NCBI GenBank assembly: GCA_965662235.1
Contig: CBFIGY010000012.1
Span: 23,113-87,112, forward strand
DNA from: an uncultured bacterium
GTDB taxonomy: Bacteria; SAR324; NAC60-12
Reading direction: 5' to 3'
DNA length: 64,000 nt
Shown: one piece after another, positions 32,430-42,011 of the stretch
How positions within the stretch are numbered: the stretch's first letter is position 1
How the letters are laid out: every line of letters starts with the position of its first letter
Position numbers and translations under genes: made by a program
The notes under the pieces: model-generated
The model's database searches: none
What the model was told of the DNA's origin: nothing
Seen by the model: only the letters and a program-made list of their open reading frames with translations

Positions 32430-33704
32430 TCACCCCTCCTCAGGTGCAGAACAGAGCTGCACCAGCGCCTGCGCCATCACGCGCGCCGAATCCATCATAT
32501 CCTCAATGACAATGTACTCATCGGGCTGATGTGCGAGCTCAAGCAGTCCGGGGCCGTACGCCACGCAGTTCTTCAGGCGGCCAATGCGGTCGATGTGCTT
32601 CTGGTCATAAGTTCCGGGAGAAACAACGTACTCCGCTGGTTGCTGAAGCACGGTTTCAATTGCCTGCGTCAGTGCCTGTGACACGGGAGCCGTGCGTTCC
32701 GTGAGGGTGGGGTGCACCTCAAACAGGTCCTGGAGGCGGTAGTCAAAGCCGGAACGGTTTTGCTTGAGCTGATCCAGTAGGTCCACCACCTCCTGCCGGA
32801 CCTCGTCTAGGGGCTCCTCGGCGAGGAAGCGCCGGTCGATGATCAGGCGGCAGCGGTCGGGAACACAGGGGGAGGGGAGTCCCGAGCTGCCGGCTTCGCG
32901 TTCCGGTTGCCCACCATGGAGGGAGTTGAGGTTGAGGGTCGATTGACGGGCGGCAGGCGGAACCACCGGCATGGCGGTCTGCTTCTCCTGAAGCTTGGGC
33001 AGCAGCTGAGTCTCCACCTCGTGCAGGAAGGCGCCCATGTGCCGAACGGCGCAGTTTCCGAGGAATGGCATTGATCCGTGGGCGGTGCGACCCAAGGTTT
33101 CCACTTCAGCCCACCAGACGCCCCGGTGCCCAAGGCAGATGCGGTCCTTCTGCAACGGCTCCGGAATGATGACATGCTGCACTCGCTCCGGTGAAAAGTA
33201 CCCCCGCTCCGCAAGGTACGCAACCCCTCCGTAACCACCGGTTTCTTCATCAGCAGTTCCGGAGATCTCCAAGGCTCCGGCAAAGTCCGGAAAGCATTCC
33301 AGAAAAGCCTCCACGGCAATCACGGAAGCGGCCAATCCGCCTTTCATGTCACAGGTTCCGCGACCGTAGATCCGCCCGTCCCGGATTTCGGCGCCAAAGG
33401 GATCCACCGTCCAGCCTTCCCCGGGAGGAACGACGTCGATGTGCGAATTGAAGTGAACGCAGGGGCCGGGCCGGGAGCCTTCACGGCGAGCAATCAGGTT
33501 CCAGCGGGGGTAGCGGTCGCTGTCTCCAGGCGTGCCCTCCCCCCGGACCCAGCTGAGGGTGAAGCCCTGAGGCTCCAGTCGAGTCGCCAGCACCTCGCAG
33601 AGTTCGCGGTAACCGCTGCCCGGAGGGTTGACGGTGGGCAGGCGGACCAGCTCCTGAGTGAGGGCGATGCATTCCGCACGACGGGCCTCCACGGCGGCGT
33701 GCAA
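32430..33704 (-). CDS. M20 ArgE/DapE-family deacylase
   Basis: PTVNPPG, NSHIDVV, GRGTCDMKGG, DEE and AHQPDE; start uncertain (possibly 33722 or 33746). Confidence 0.88.
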   Translation of the reverse strand: MHAAVEARRAECIALTQELVRLPTVNPPGSGYRELCEVLATRLEPQGFTLSWVRGEGTPGDSDRYPRWNLIARREGSRPGPCVHFNSHIDVVPPGEGWTVDPFGAEIRDGRIYGRGTCDMKGGLAASVIAVEAFLECFPDFAGALEISGTADEETGGYGGVAYLAERGYFSPERVQHVIIPEPLQKDRICLGHRGVWWAEVETLGRTAHGSMPFLGNCAVRHMGAFLHEVETQLLPKLQEKQTAMPVVPPAARQSTLNLNSLHGGQPEREAGSSGLPSPCVPDRCRLIIDRRFLAEEPLDEVRQEVVDLLDQLKQNRSGFDYRLQDLFEVHPTLTERTAPVSQALTQAIETVLQQPAEYVVSPGTYDQKHIDRIGRLKNCVAYGPGLLELAHQPDEYIVIEDMMDSARVMAQALVQLCSAPEEG

Positions 33705-33718
33705 GGATGCAGAGGAAT

Positions 33719-34894
33719 TCAGCGGGGCAGCGTGTTGAGTTGCGATAAGACCTCCTTGAGGGCCCTGAGGCCCTGCTGGTTTTCAGATGGAGTGCGGGAG
33801 GCCCAGCGCAGGCAGCCGGCCCGTTCCAGCCCAGGTTTGTCCGAGCAGTCCCGGACGTAGACACCGTGCTCCCACAGTAGCGTGAGCATCACTGCTTCTG
33901 CAAGCTCTGGGTGGGGCAGCTGGAGCAGGGAAAAGTTGGCCGCAGAGTCAAAGACGCGTCCTTCCGGAATCCTGCGGAGGGCGTGGTTGAGGTCCTGAGC
34001 GCTGGTGATGGCTGCACGGCGGATGCGATCGAACTGCTGCTGAAAGGAAGGCTCGCCGAGCTGCTGCAGGAACCAGGTGGCCAAGCCGTTGAGGTTCCAG
34101 AGGAAGCCATCTTGCTGCAACTCCTGCAGGCGTTCGGGAGCAAGGGCGGCATAGCCCACGCGGAGTCCTGCCACGCCGTAGTCCTTGGCGAGGCTCTTGA
34201 TGACGATCAGCTGGGGAAATTCCTCCAGCCAGCCCTGCACAGTGGGCCAGTCTGCCGGATCGTGGGCGCTGTAGGCGATGAAGCTTTCGTCCACGATCAC
34301 AGTGGCCACCTCCGGAAGGGCCTCAAGCAGAAAGCGGAGGGTGTCGTGAGCAAGCAGGTGGCCATCTGGATTGTTGGGGTTGATGAGGATCAGCGTGTCG
34401 GCTCGGGCCTGCTGCGTTGCTGCGACCAAGGCTTCCGGATCCAGCGCAAACTGCTGGTCGGGGGAGAGCTGAAACGGCGTCACCTTTCCAAAACGTGCTG
34501 CGAGTTCGTGGTATTCCGTAAAGTTGGGTTGCACGACGAGGCTGTGGTGAGCAAAGCGCCGCAGGGTCGCCTGAATCGCTTCCATGGCACCGTTCGCCAA
34601 GAAGAGGTGCGACGCCGGAACGCCCAATGCAGGGGCCACCTGTTCCGCCAAAGCGGGTGCCTGGCTGGGGTAGTCCTGGAGGAAACGGCTCAGGGGCACC
34701 GTGGTGAGTGTTTCCTGCAGAGCGGTCCGGACGAGTTCGGTGGCGGGGGGATTGGTGAGGAAGCAGGCGTCCAGCCGGACCTCCAGCTGCGGGAAGGCCT
34801 GCTGCAGCGTGCTGAGGCTGGGTGGATGACTGCCGGCAGCTTGTTTGAGGTGACGGTAGTGGGCAGCAAAATCCTCAAAAACCGGGGAATTCAT
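33719..34894 (-). CDS. PLP-dependent aminotransferase class I/II (HisC/CobD-like)
   Basis: NGAME, INPNNPDG, VDESF and KSLAKDYGVAGLRVGY. Confidence 0.85.
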   Translation of the reverse strand: MNSPVFEDFAAHYRHLKQAAGSHPPSLSTLQQAFPQLEVRLDACFLTNPPATELVRTALQETLTTVPLSRFLQDYPSQAPALAEQVAPALGVPASHLFLANGAMEAIQATLRRFAHHSLVVQPNFTEYHELAARFGKVTPFQLSPDQQFALDPEALVAATQQARADTLILINPNNPDGHLLAHDTLRFLLEALPEVATVIVDESFIAYSAHDPADWPTVQGWLEEFPQLIVIKSLAKDYGVAGLRVGYAALAPERLQELQQDGFLWNLNGLATWFLQQLGEPSFQQQFDRIRRAAITSAQDLNHALRRIPEGRVFDSAANFSLLQLPHPELAEAVMLTLLWEHGVYVRDCSDKPGLERAGCLRWASRTPSENQQGLRALKEVLSQLNTLPR

Positions 34895-35032
34895 GCTAGG
34901 GTGTCTCGTGTCTCAATGATTGGGTTGCGGGAATCCGGAGCACCAGCCCCATTCAGGACGGGCGCCGTCCGGGACGCGATCCGCTTACTGCCATTCCGCC
35001 ACATTGTTCATCTCATGCTAAAAGGAGGGCTC

Positions 35033-35857
35033 ATGAGCCTTGCAGGAAAAACCCTTTTCATCACCGGTGCCAGTCGTGGCATTGGTCTCGCCATTGGCCT
35101 CCGGGCGGCGCAAGACGGCGCCAATGTGGTGATTGCGGCAAAGACTCAGGAACCCCACCCCCGGCTTCCTGGAACGATCTACACGGCCGCAAAGGAGATT
35201 GAAGCGGCCGGCGGACAGGCGCTTCCCTGCGTGGTGGATGTTCGGGACGAGGCCTCTGTTCAAGGAGCCGTGGAGCAGGCTGTGCAGCAGTTCGGTGGTC
35301 TGGACATCCTTGTCAACAACGCGAGCGCCATTCAGCTGACCGGAACCCTGCAGACGGAGATGAAGCGCTACGACCTGATGCACCAGATCAATACCCGTGG
35401 AACCTACCTGTGCTCGCAGGCCTGCCTGCCGGCCTTGCTGAAGGCGGAGAATCCACATGTCCTCAACATCTCTCCTCCCCTGAATGTCGAGACCCGTTGG
35501 TTTGCTCCGCATGTGGCCTACACGATGGCCAAGTTTGGCATGAGCCTGTGTGTGCTGGGCATGGCCGGAGAGTTCCGGAAGCAAGGAGTTGCCTTCAACG
35601 CCCTCTGGCCCAAAACGACCATTGACACGGCTGCCATCCGTAACGTCGTTGGAGCCGAGTTGGCCAACCGGAGTCGGACACCGGCCATCATGGCAGATGC
35701 CGCGTATGAGATCTTCACCCGTTCCAGCCGAGACTGTACCGGAAACTTCTTCATTGATGAAGACCTTCTGCGCAGCGCCGGCGTTTCTGACTTCTCTGGC
35801 TACGCGGTGACGCCGGGAATGGCGGATTCGGAACTGCAGGCCGACTTCTTCATCTGA
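35033..35857 (+). CDS. SDR oxidoreductase, HSDL2-like
   Basis: TGASRGIG, NNAS, YTMAK and NALWP; SD aggagg before ATG 35033. Confidence 0.9.
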   Translation: MSLAGKTLFITGASRGIGLAIGLRAAQDGANVVIAAKTQEPHPRLPGTIYTAAKEIEAAGGQALPCVVDVRDEASVQGAVEQAVQQFGGLDILVNNASAIQLTGTLQTEMKRYDLMHQINTRGTYLCSQACLPALLKAENPHVLNISPPLNVETRWFAPHVAYTMAKFGMSLCVLGMAGEFRKQGVAFNALWPKTTIDTAAIRNVVGAELANRSRTPAIMADAAYEIFTRSSRDCTGNFFIDEDLLRSAGVSDFSGYAVTPGMADSELQADFFI

Positions 35858-35965
35858 GCCCCGAAGAAGTGGTTTTACGTCCGGAATCGGAAAAAGCTTG
35901 AGATTCCGAAAGGAGAGCGAGATACTTCAGGGTTTGTTTTGTGTTGAAAATTTTGGGAGAAACAA

Positions 35966-36274
35966 ATGACTTACGTCGTCACCGCGAATTGCCAGAAGTG
36001 CAAGTATACGGATTGTGTGGAAGTGTGCCCGGTTGAGGCATTCCACGAGGGCCCGGAGATGCTGTACATCAATCCAGAAACCTGCATTGACTGCAACGCG
36101 TGTGTGGAGGAGTGCCCGGTTGAGGCGATTTATGCGGACGTGGATGTTCCGGATCAGTGGCAGTCCTTTGTCCAGCTCAATGCGGATGGATGCGAGGAGC
36201 ACCCGGTGATCACGGAGAAGCAGGAGCCGCTGCCCACCGCCCGGACGCTGGAAGAGATTCGAGCCGCAGGCTGA
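35966..36274 (+). CDS. fdxA: 7Fe ferredoxin (FdxA-type)
   Basis: CQKCKYTDCVEVCP and CIDCNACVEECP. Confidence 0.92.
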   Translation: MTYVVTANCQKCKYTDCVEVCPVEAFHEGPEMLYINPETCIDCNACVEECPVEAIYADVDVPDQWQSFVQLNADGCEEHPVITEKQEPLPTARTLEEIRAAG

Positions 36275-36277
36275 GGG

Positions 36278-36814
36278 ATGGCTCTGCGTGTCCGGATTCA
36301 TGACCTTCCGAACACCCATGCCCTCGAACATGCGGGAGTCCTGGAGCCTGAGGAGTTGCCTCGGCTTCTGGAGGAAGGGGGGCAGGTGCTGGAGCCGTTG
36401 CACTTTGAAACCCAGCTGAAGCGAGATCAAGAAACGGTCTACTTTCGGGGAACGTTGCAGGGGCGTGTGGAGCTGAGCTGCTCCCTGTGCCTGGAGCCGG
36501 TTCCCTGTGAGGTGGACGAATCGTTTGGCCTCATCTTACTGCCGGAGCATGAGCAGAAGCACCTTGCTCCGGAACTCGTGGTCAGCGAAGCAACCGTTGA
36601 CACGGACTATTACACAAGTGATGAACTGGACCTGGGTGATTTGCTGGAGGAGCAAGTGCTGCTTGCGCTCCCGCTGAAGCCGGTCTGTCAAGAAGACTGT
36701 CACGGGCTCTGTCCCGGATGTGGCGCCAATCTGAACCGAGAGGCGTGCACCTGTCCGGAGCCTGATCTTTCCGACAGTCCATTTGCGGCGCTGCTACCAA
36801 AGCGTCCTTCCTGA
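36278..36814 (+). CDS. yceD: DUF177/YceD family protein
   Basis: CSLCL, LALPLKPVCQEDCHGLCPGCGANLN; precedes rpmF. Confidence 0.9.
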   Translation: MALRVRIHDLPNTHALEHAGVLEPEELPRLLEEGGQVLEPLHFETQLKRDQETVYFRGTLQGRVELSCSLCLEPVPCEVDESFGLILLPEHEQKHLAPELVVSEATVDTDYYTSDELDLGDLLEEQVLLALPLKPVCQEDCHGLCPGCGANLNREACTCPEPDLSDSPFAALLPKRPS

Positions 36815-36830
36815 ACATACTAAAGGAACC

Positions 36831-37016
36831 ATGCCTGTCCCCAAGTACAAAACCTCCCGGAGCAAGCGGGATAAACGCCGCGGTCAGATCAAGCTGGCAG
36901 CCCCGGCTCTGTCTTCTTGCACCAACTGCAGTGCGCTCATCCGCCCGCACCGGGTCTGCCCGGAGTGTGGTCACTACAAGGGAGTGGAAGTCGTTTCGGT
37001 CGACTCCTTCTCCTGA
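36831..37016 (+). CDS. rpmF: 50S ribosomal protein L32
   Basis: MPVPKYKTSRSKRDKRR...CTNC...PHRVCPECGHY. Confidence 0.96.
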   Translation: MPVPKYKTSRSKRDKRRGQIKLAAPALSSCTNCSALIRPHRVCPECGHYKGVEVVSVDSFS

Positions 37017-37035
37017 GCCCCTGCCCTAAAAAATC

Positions 37036-38070
37036 ATGGCCATTGCGGTGGATGCGATGGGCGGCGACACGCCGCTCACGATTCCTGTCGAGGCAGCCGT
37101 CCGAGCGGTCAATGACTTTGGAATTGAAGTTGTTGTCGTTGGAGACGAGGCCTCCATTCGCCAGGAGTTGAAGCGATATCAGTTCGATCCGGCGAAGCTT
37201 GAGGTAGTGCCGTCCACAGAGATCGTGGAGATGCATGAATCTCCGGCGCTGGCATTGCGACAGAAGAAGGATTCTTCCATTCGTGTGGCCATTGATCGCC
37301 TCAAGCTGGGCGAAGTGGAAGCGGTGGTGAGTGCCGGAAACACCGGAGCAGCCATGGCAACCGCCAAGTTCGTCCTCAAGTCCATCAAGGGGGTGGAGCG
37401 TCCAGCCATTGCCACCCTCATGCCCTCCATCAATCGGTCACAACCCTTTGTCATTCTGGACATTGGGGCCAATGCCGACTGCAAACCCCTGTACCTGCTT
37501 CAGTTTGCCATGATGGGCGCAGCCTACGCGCAGGCAGTGCTGGGAGTGGAAAATGCTCGGGTCGGGCTGCTCAACAATGGGGAGGAGGAGGGAAAGGGGA
37601 ACCTGATGCTCAAGGAGACCTACGGACTCATGAAGCAGAGCACCCTCAACTTCTACGGAAACATTGAGGGCAAGGCCATGTTCAAAAATGAGGTGGACGT
37701 GGTGGTCTGTGACGGGTTTGTGGGGAACATCGCCCTCAAGGTGGCCGAAGGGACCTTCGACCTCATTGGCAATGTCCTCAAACAGGAAATTCAAAGCTCT
37801 TGGCTGGCCAAGCTAGCGTATTTGGGGATGAAGAAGCCCTTTAAGGCGCTCCGGGACCGGGCGGATTACACAGAAGTCGGTGGCGCTCCCCTGTTGGGCG
37901 TCAATGGCATCGTCATCATTTGCCACGGAAGCTCCACACCCCACACCATCCGTAACGCCATCCGGCACGCCAAGAACTGTGCGGATCTGAAGCTGAACGA
38001 CCTCATTGGCCTCCGGGTCAGCGAGAACCTAGAGGTGATTCAGGCCGCTCAGCAGATGGAATCCGCTTAG
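37036..38070 (+). CDS. plsX: Phosphate acyltransferase PlsX
   Basis: AVDAMGGD, SAGNTGA, DIGAN, DGFVGN and GGAPLLG. Confidence 0.97.
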   Translation: MAIAVDAMGGDTPLTIPVEAAVRAVNDFGIEVVVVGDEASIRQELKRYQFDPAKLEVVPSTEIVEMHESPALALRQKKDSSIRVAIDRLKLGEVEAVVSAGNTGAAMATAKFVLKSIKGVERPAIATLMPSINRSQPFVILDIGANADCKPLYLLQFAMMGAAYAQAVLGVENARVGLLNNGEEEGKGNLMLKETYGLMKQSTLNFYGNIEGKAMFKNEVDVVVCDGFVGNIALKVAEGTFDLIGNVLKQEIQSSWLAKLAYLGMKKPFKALRDRADYTEVGGAPLLGVNGIVIICHGSSTPHTIRNAIRHAKNCADLKLNDLIGLRVSENLEVIQAAQQMESA

Positions 38071-38966
38071 CGGTAGAAGGGGTTTTCCCCACTCTGGTGA
38101 TCCGTGATGTCAAAGACCCCAGCGACCTGCGGGATGTTTTCCTTGATCATCACTTCGACTCCCTGCTTGAGGGTCACGTCGATCATGCCGCATCCTTGGC
38201 ACCCTCCTCCGAATTCAAGATAGACCGCATCATCCTTGATGCCGTGCAGGCGAACCACGCCTCCGTGCGAAGCGACCATGGGGTTGATCTGCTCGTCGAG
38301 AAGGATCTGCACCTGCTCCTCAAGGCTGCCGTCCAGCTTCCGGAGGGAGAGGGTGGGGTTCTGGATCTCCAGCGCTCCTTCTGCATCGACAAAGACCTCG
38401 GTTCCTTCAACAAAACCGATCAGTTCCTGACGGATGCTCCAGCGAAGGCCTGCGCCTTCCCAGGTGATCAGTTCGGCATCGGTGGCCTGCGGGAGAAACG
38501 CCATAGCGTAGTTGCCCTTGAGCGCAGACTTGGCATCGACTTCAATCTGCACTACCTGAGCTGAGTGCTGACTCAGTTCTTGGTGCAGGCGGTCCGCCGC
38601 TTCCGGAGTCACGGTCAGCCAATTCGGTTGCGGCTGATGCAGCTCCTCAAAGTCTTCAATGAACCAAAAGGTGTCAAAACCGTTGTCGTAGAGGATCTCA
38701 GCAGCAGTCAGGACTTCGCCATCCGGGCTTCCATAAAGCAGGATGTCACCCGTGAAGGGCATCTGGTAGATGGAGTTTTCAAAGTGCTCAATCGGAAGGC
38801 TGTGCGCTCCAGGAATGTGAGCGGCCTCGTAAGCAGCAGGACTGCGCAGGTCAAAAAGATATGGCTTGCGGGACGTCCGTCGCTTCTCCCAGAATGCCTT
38901 AGCGTCTACACGGTAGGTTTCCGGACGAAAGACGTCCTCGTCAGAAAGGTCGGTGAACTTGAACAT
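38067..38966 (-). CDS. Rhodanese-like domain fused to an NfuA-type Fe-S carrier
   Basis: DLRSPAAYEAAHIPGA (rhodanese), degenerate ATC-like middle region, INPMVASHGG...GGGCQGC (Nfu). Confidence 0.82.
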   Translation of the reverse strand: MFKFTDLSDEDVFRPETYRVDAKAFWEKRRTSRKPYLFDLRSPAAYEAAHIPGAHSLPIEHFENSIYQMPFTGDILLYGSPDGEVLTAAEILYDNGFDTFWFIEDFEELHQPQPNWLTVTPEAADRLHQELSQHSAQVVQIEVDAKSALKGNYAMAFLPQATDAELITWEGAGLRWSIRQELIGFVEGTEVFVDAEGALEIQNPTLSLRKLDGSLEEQVQILLDEQINPMVASHGGVVRLHGIKDDAVYLEFGGGCQGCGMIDVTLKQGVEVMIKENIPQVAGVFDITDHQSGENPFYR

Positions 38967-39066
38967 GGGGACTCCAAACATTGCAAAGGGTCAGGTGCCT
39001 TGGGGCTTCTGAGAAATAGCACCATTTTGGTACGATTCATTTTAATCAGCGATCCAAAGAGAGTCA

Positions 39067-39861
39067 ATGAATCCGATTGCTCCACAAAAAATAAGTGAGT
39101 TGCTCAAGCGGCCGCGACCCTGGGTGCTAGCGCATCGCGGGGTGAGCCGGTTTTTTCCAGAAAACACGCTGGAGGCGTTCCGGGCCGCCGTTGCCCAGAG
39201 GGCGGACCTGATCGAATTGGACGTTTCACTGAGCCACGATCGCGTGCCTGTGGTGATTCACGATGAGACACTGGATCGAACGACCAACGGGTCCGGACGG
39301 GTGGCCGACCACACCGTGACTGACCTTCAAGCGCTTGATGCCGGTAGCTGGTTGGGTCCGGAGCACCAAGGCGTCCGCCTCCCCACGCTGGAAGCGGTGT
39401 TTCAGGAAGTGGGTGGTCAGATAGCGATCAATGTGGAGCTGAAGCCGGAAGGATTTGAAGCCGCACCGGGAGCAGACGCGCTGGAGCAGCAGGTCCTGGC
39501 GTTGATTCAGAGCCATGGTTTGGAGGAAACGGTGGTGATTTCCAGCTTTGAGCATCGCTTTTTCCCCCGGATCCGTGCAGTGGAGAAGCACCTGCCGCTG
39601 GCGTTGCTGTACGAAACCCTACCAGCCGCCGAGGTTGCGCTGGCCGCCTGTCAGGACTGGGATGCAGCGGCTGTGAACCCGAATGCCAAAGGGGTCGAGC
39701 CGGCTTGGATCGCCGCCATTCATCAGGGGGGGCGACGAGTTTTGCCCTGGACAGTGGACGATCCTGAAGAAATGCGTAAATTATTGGGGTGGGGTGTTGA
39801 TGGTCTGTTTACCAATGACCCCCAAACGCTGCAGGCGGTGCTGGATTCTAGGGAATCCTGA
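39067..39861 (+). CDS. Glycerophosphodiester phosphodiesterase
   Basis: AHRG, PENT, ELDV, IHDETLDRTT, WTVD and GVDGLFTN. Confidence 0.92.
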   Translation: MNPIAPQKISELLKRPRPWVLAHRGVSRFFPENTLEAFRAAVAQRADLIELDVSLSHDRVPVVIHDETLDRTTNGSGRVADHTVTDLQALDAGSWLGPEHQGVRLPTLEAVFQEVGGQIAINVELKPEGFEAAPGADALEQQVLALIQSHGLEETVVISSFEHRFFPRIRAVEKHLPLALLYETLPAAEVALAACQDWDAAAVNPNAKGVEPAWIAAIHQGGRRVLPWTVDDPEEMRKLLGWGVDGLFTNDPQTLQAVLDSRES

Positions 39862-39900
39862 ACGAAACCGCTTGCTCACAACTCCTGGAAGAGAGTGGAC

Positions 39901-40221
39901 ATGACTCAAACCAATGTGGCGGAACCGGAAGATTCGACCCGTTTTTCCAATGAGACCATGCGTCGCGATTATGAGCGACGGCGGGCCCTGCTGTTTGTCG
40001 GGCTCATTGTCGCCAACCTGATGCTGGTCAGCTTTGTGCTCGTGCCCCTGAATCGCTTGGGGTACTTGGACAACCATTACTACCTTTTCGGAGCGAGTGC
40101 CGTGGTGTCGATCTTCTGGGGGTGGTCCCAGTGGAAGCGGTGGGACCCGAACAGCGAGCAACTCAACGAGCCCACGGAAGCAGCAGAGGCTCGTGAATCC
40201 AGCGAGTCCGCCACCCCATGA
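39901..40221 (+). CDS. Hypothetical 2-TM membrane protein
   Basis: Two hydrophobic segments; typical codon usage. Confidence 0.6.
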   Translation: MTQTNVAEPEDSTRFSNETMRRDYERRRALLFVGLIVANLMLVSFVLVPLNRLGYLDNHYYLFGASAVVSIFWGWSQWKRWDPNSEQLNEPTEAAEARESSESATP

Positions 40222-40228
40222 AGTTCCC

Positions 40229-40480
40229 ATGAAGTTTGAGGAAGTTTCCCCGTCCTGGGTGATCACCATTGAGCTGAGCCTAGAGGAGGCACCGCTGCTG
40301 TACTGGTCGGCAGATCGCAAGAACTGGGTGCTGGAACAGCGTCACGCGAGCCGTTACGCTTCTGAGGAAGAGGCGCAGGCCGTAGCTGGAGGCCTCTCTC
40401 CGCGGTATCCCGAAGGCGTCTCCGGAGTCGTCCGGCCTCAGCTTCTGGCGTCCCTAGGGGCGCAGGAGGCCGAGGAATGA
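40229..40480 (+). CDS. Hypothetical protein (83 aa, MKFEEVSPSW...)
   Basis: ATG 8 nt after the previous stop; fills the gap to the tRNA promoter. Confidence 0.55.
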   Translation: MKFEEVSPSWVITIELSLEEAPLLYWSADRKNWVLEQRHASRYASEEEAQAVAGGLSPRYPEGVSGVVRPQLLASLGAQEAEE

Positions 40481-40489
40481 AAAAATTCA

Positions 40490-40518
40490 TTGACAAGCGA
40501 TTCTGTCCGGAACATAAT
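40490..40518 (+). promoter_or_regulatory. Sigma70 promoter of the tRNA-rpmG-secE operon
   Basis: TTGACA-N17-CATAAT with an A-rich upstream tract. Confidence 0.8.
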
Positions 40519-40534
40519 TCTTGTTTGCATTGCC

Positions 40535-40610
40535 GCTGGCATAGCTCAATTGGTAGAGCAGCTGATTTGTAATCAGCAGGTTATGGGTTCGAGTCCCCTT
40601 GCCAGCTCCA
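40535..40610 (+). tRNA. tRNA-Thr(TGT)
   Basis: Cloverleaf, anticodon arm gctga-tttgtaa-tcagc, TTCGA and CCA. Confidence 0.97.
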
Positions 40611-40622
40611 GCCAGATTCAGT

Positions 40623-40707
40623 GGGGAGATACCCAAGCGGTCAACGGGATCAGACTGTAAATCTGACGGCTCAGCCTTCGAAGGTTCGAATCCTTCTCTC
40701 CCCACCA
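40623..40707 (+). tRNA. tRNA-Tyr(GTA)
   Basis: tcaga-ctgtaaa-tctga, long variable arm and CCA. Confidence 0.97.
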
Positions 40708-40740
40708 CGCCGCGGCAAAACGTGCATTGAAGTTGAACAG

Positions 40741-40815
40741 GCCTTGGTAGCTCAGTGGTAGAGCGTTTCCTTGGTAAGGAAAAGGTCGGCGGTTCAATCC
40801 CGCTCCAAGGCTCCA
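40741..40815 (+). tRNA. tRNA-Thr(GGT)
   Basis: ttcc-ttggtaa-ggaa anticodon arm, TTCAA and CCA. Confidence 0.96.
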
Positions 40816-40837
40816 CGAACGTCCTGACAAAGGCAAC

Positions 40838-40987
40838 ATGAGAGAAACGATCCACTTGGAGTGTACCGAGTGCAAGCGGCGCAACTACGTGGCTTCTCGT
40901 AACAAGAAACTCAAGCCCAACCGGATGGAAATCCGCAAGTACTGCAAGTGGGATCGCAAGCACACGACCCACAAGGAAACCAAGTAG
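40838..40987 (+). CDS. rpmG: 50S ribosomal protein L33
   Basis: Manually translated [17 protein letters not shown]...[16 protein letters not shown] (absent from the ORF track). Confidence 0.96.
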   Translation: MRETIHLECTECKRRNYVASRNKKLKPNRMEIRKYCKWDRKHTTHKETK

Positions 40988-41030
40988 GTCGTCCCAAACG
41001 CTGCACTTCGGTGAAAGTCCAACAGATTGT

Positions 41031-41106
41031 AGGGCAGTAGCTCAGCTGGTAGAGCATCGGTCTCCAAAACCGAAGGTCGCAGGTTCGAACCCTGTCTGCC
41101 CTGCCA
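41031..41106 (+). tRNA. tRNA-Trp(CCA)
   Basis: tcggt-ctccaaa-accga anticodon arm and CCA; lies between rpmG and secE. Confidence 0.97.
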
Positions 41107-41188
41107 TTGTGGTCCCTTCACCCGGCAGAACCTTCCTGAGGCCTTCACCCAAGCGTCTGCAACGCCCTCGACACCCCTTAGGCAAATC

Positions 41189-41380
41189 ATGTTCAAGCGA
41201 GTCCAGCAATTTTATGAGGACGTGAGGTCCGAGTTCAAGCGGGTCCAGTGGCCCAGCCGCGAGACCACCTTAAAGTCCACTTCGGTGGTGCTGGGCGTCT
41301 CCTTGGTGCTGGCCATCTACCTGGGCATTGCGGACCTGGGGCTGTCCAACGTGATGAAAATCTTGATCTCCGGACAATAA
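41189..41380 (+). CDS. secE: Preprotein translocase subunit SecE
   Basis: EFKRVQWPSR plus a single TM helix. Confidence 0.95.
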   Translation: MFKRVQQFYEDVRSEFKRVQWPSRETTLKSTSVVLGVSLVLAIYLGIADLGLSNVMKILISGQ

Positions 41381-41384
41381 GCGA

Positions 41385-41993
41385 ATGACGGACCCCGAAG
41401 AACAGTTGGAAGAAACCCCGGTTCCCCCTGCAGCCGCTCCGAGTGCCCCCAGCAATCCACGGGCGAAGTGGTACATCCTGCAGGCCTTTGCCGGATACGA
41501 GACTCGCGTTGAGAAGACCATCCGCGAGAAGCTCCGCATCAAGGAAATGGAACACCTCGTTGAGGAAATCTTCATTCCTGCGGAAGACGTGGTCCGGACC
41601 AAAGGCGGCAAGCAGCGCAAGATCAATCAGAAGTACTTCCCCGGGTACATTCTGATCAACATGGAACTGACCCCGGACCTGTGGCACCTGCTCATGGGGG
41701 TGGACCGAGTCTCCGGATTTGTCGGAGGCACCCAAAAGGATCCGCTGCCCTTGGACGAAGAGGAACTGCTGGCCATCCGTCAGCAGATCAGTGAAGGCTT
41801 CCAGCAGACTTCGGAGAGCGAAGAGTTCACGGTGGGACAGAAGATTCAGATCACCGACGGCCCCTTCAGCAACTTCAATGGGGTCATTGATGAGATCAAC
41901 ACGGAGCGTAGCAAGCTGAAGGTGCTGGTGAGCATCTTCGGACGGCCGACCCCGGTCGAGGTCGAATTCGATAAGGTTAAGCACATTTCCTAA
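41385..41993 (+). CDS. nusG: Transcription factor NusG
   Basis: [16 protein letters not shown] and [10 protein letters not shown]. Confidence 0.97.
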   Translation: MTDPEEQLEETPVPPAAAPSAPSNPRAKWYILQAFAGYETRVEKTIREKLRIKEMEHLVEEIFIPAEDVVRTKGGKQRKINQKYFPGYILINMELTPDLWHLLMGVDRVSGFVGGTQKDPLPLDEEELLAIRQQISEGFQQTSESEEFTVGQKIQITDGPFSNFNGVIDEINTERSKLKVLVSIFGRPTPVEVEFDKVKHIS

Positions 41994-42011
41994 AGAGGAT
42001 ACTGAGGCACC

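Noticed and set aside
33911..35032. Apparent 648-aa fusion ORF ending in the SDR
   Set aside because: The N-terminal part is the antisense shadow of the aminotransferase; the SDR has its own SD and ATG at 35033.
40535..41106. tRNA cluster as an integration site
   Set aside because: No integrase, duplicated tRNA 3' end or foreign cargo is nearby.
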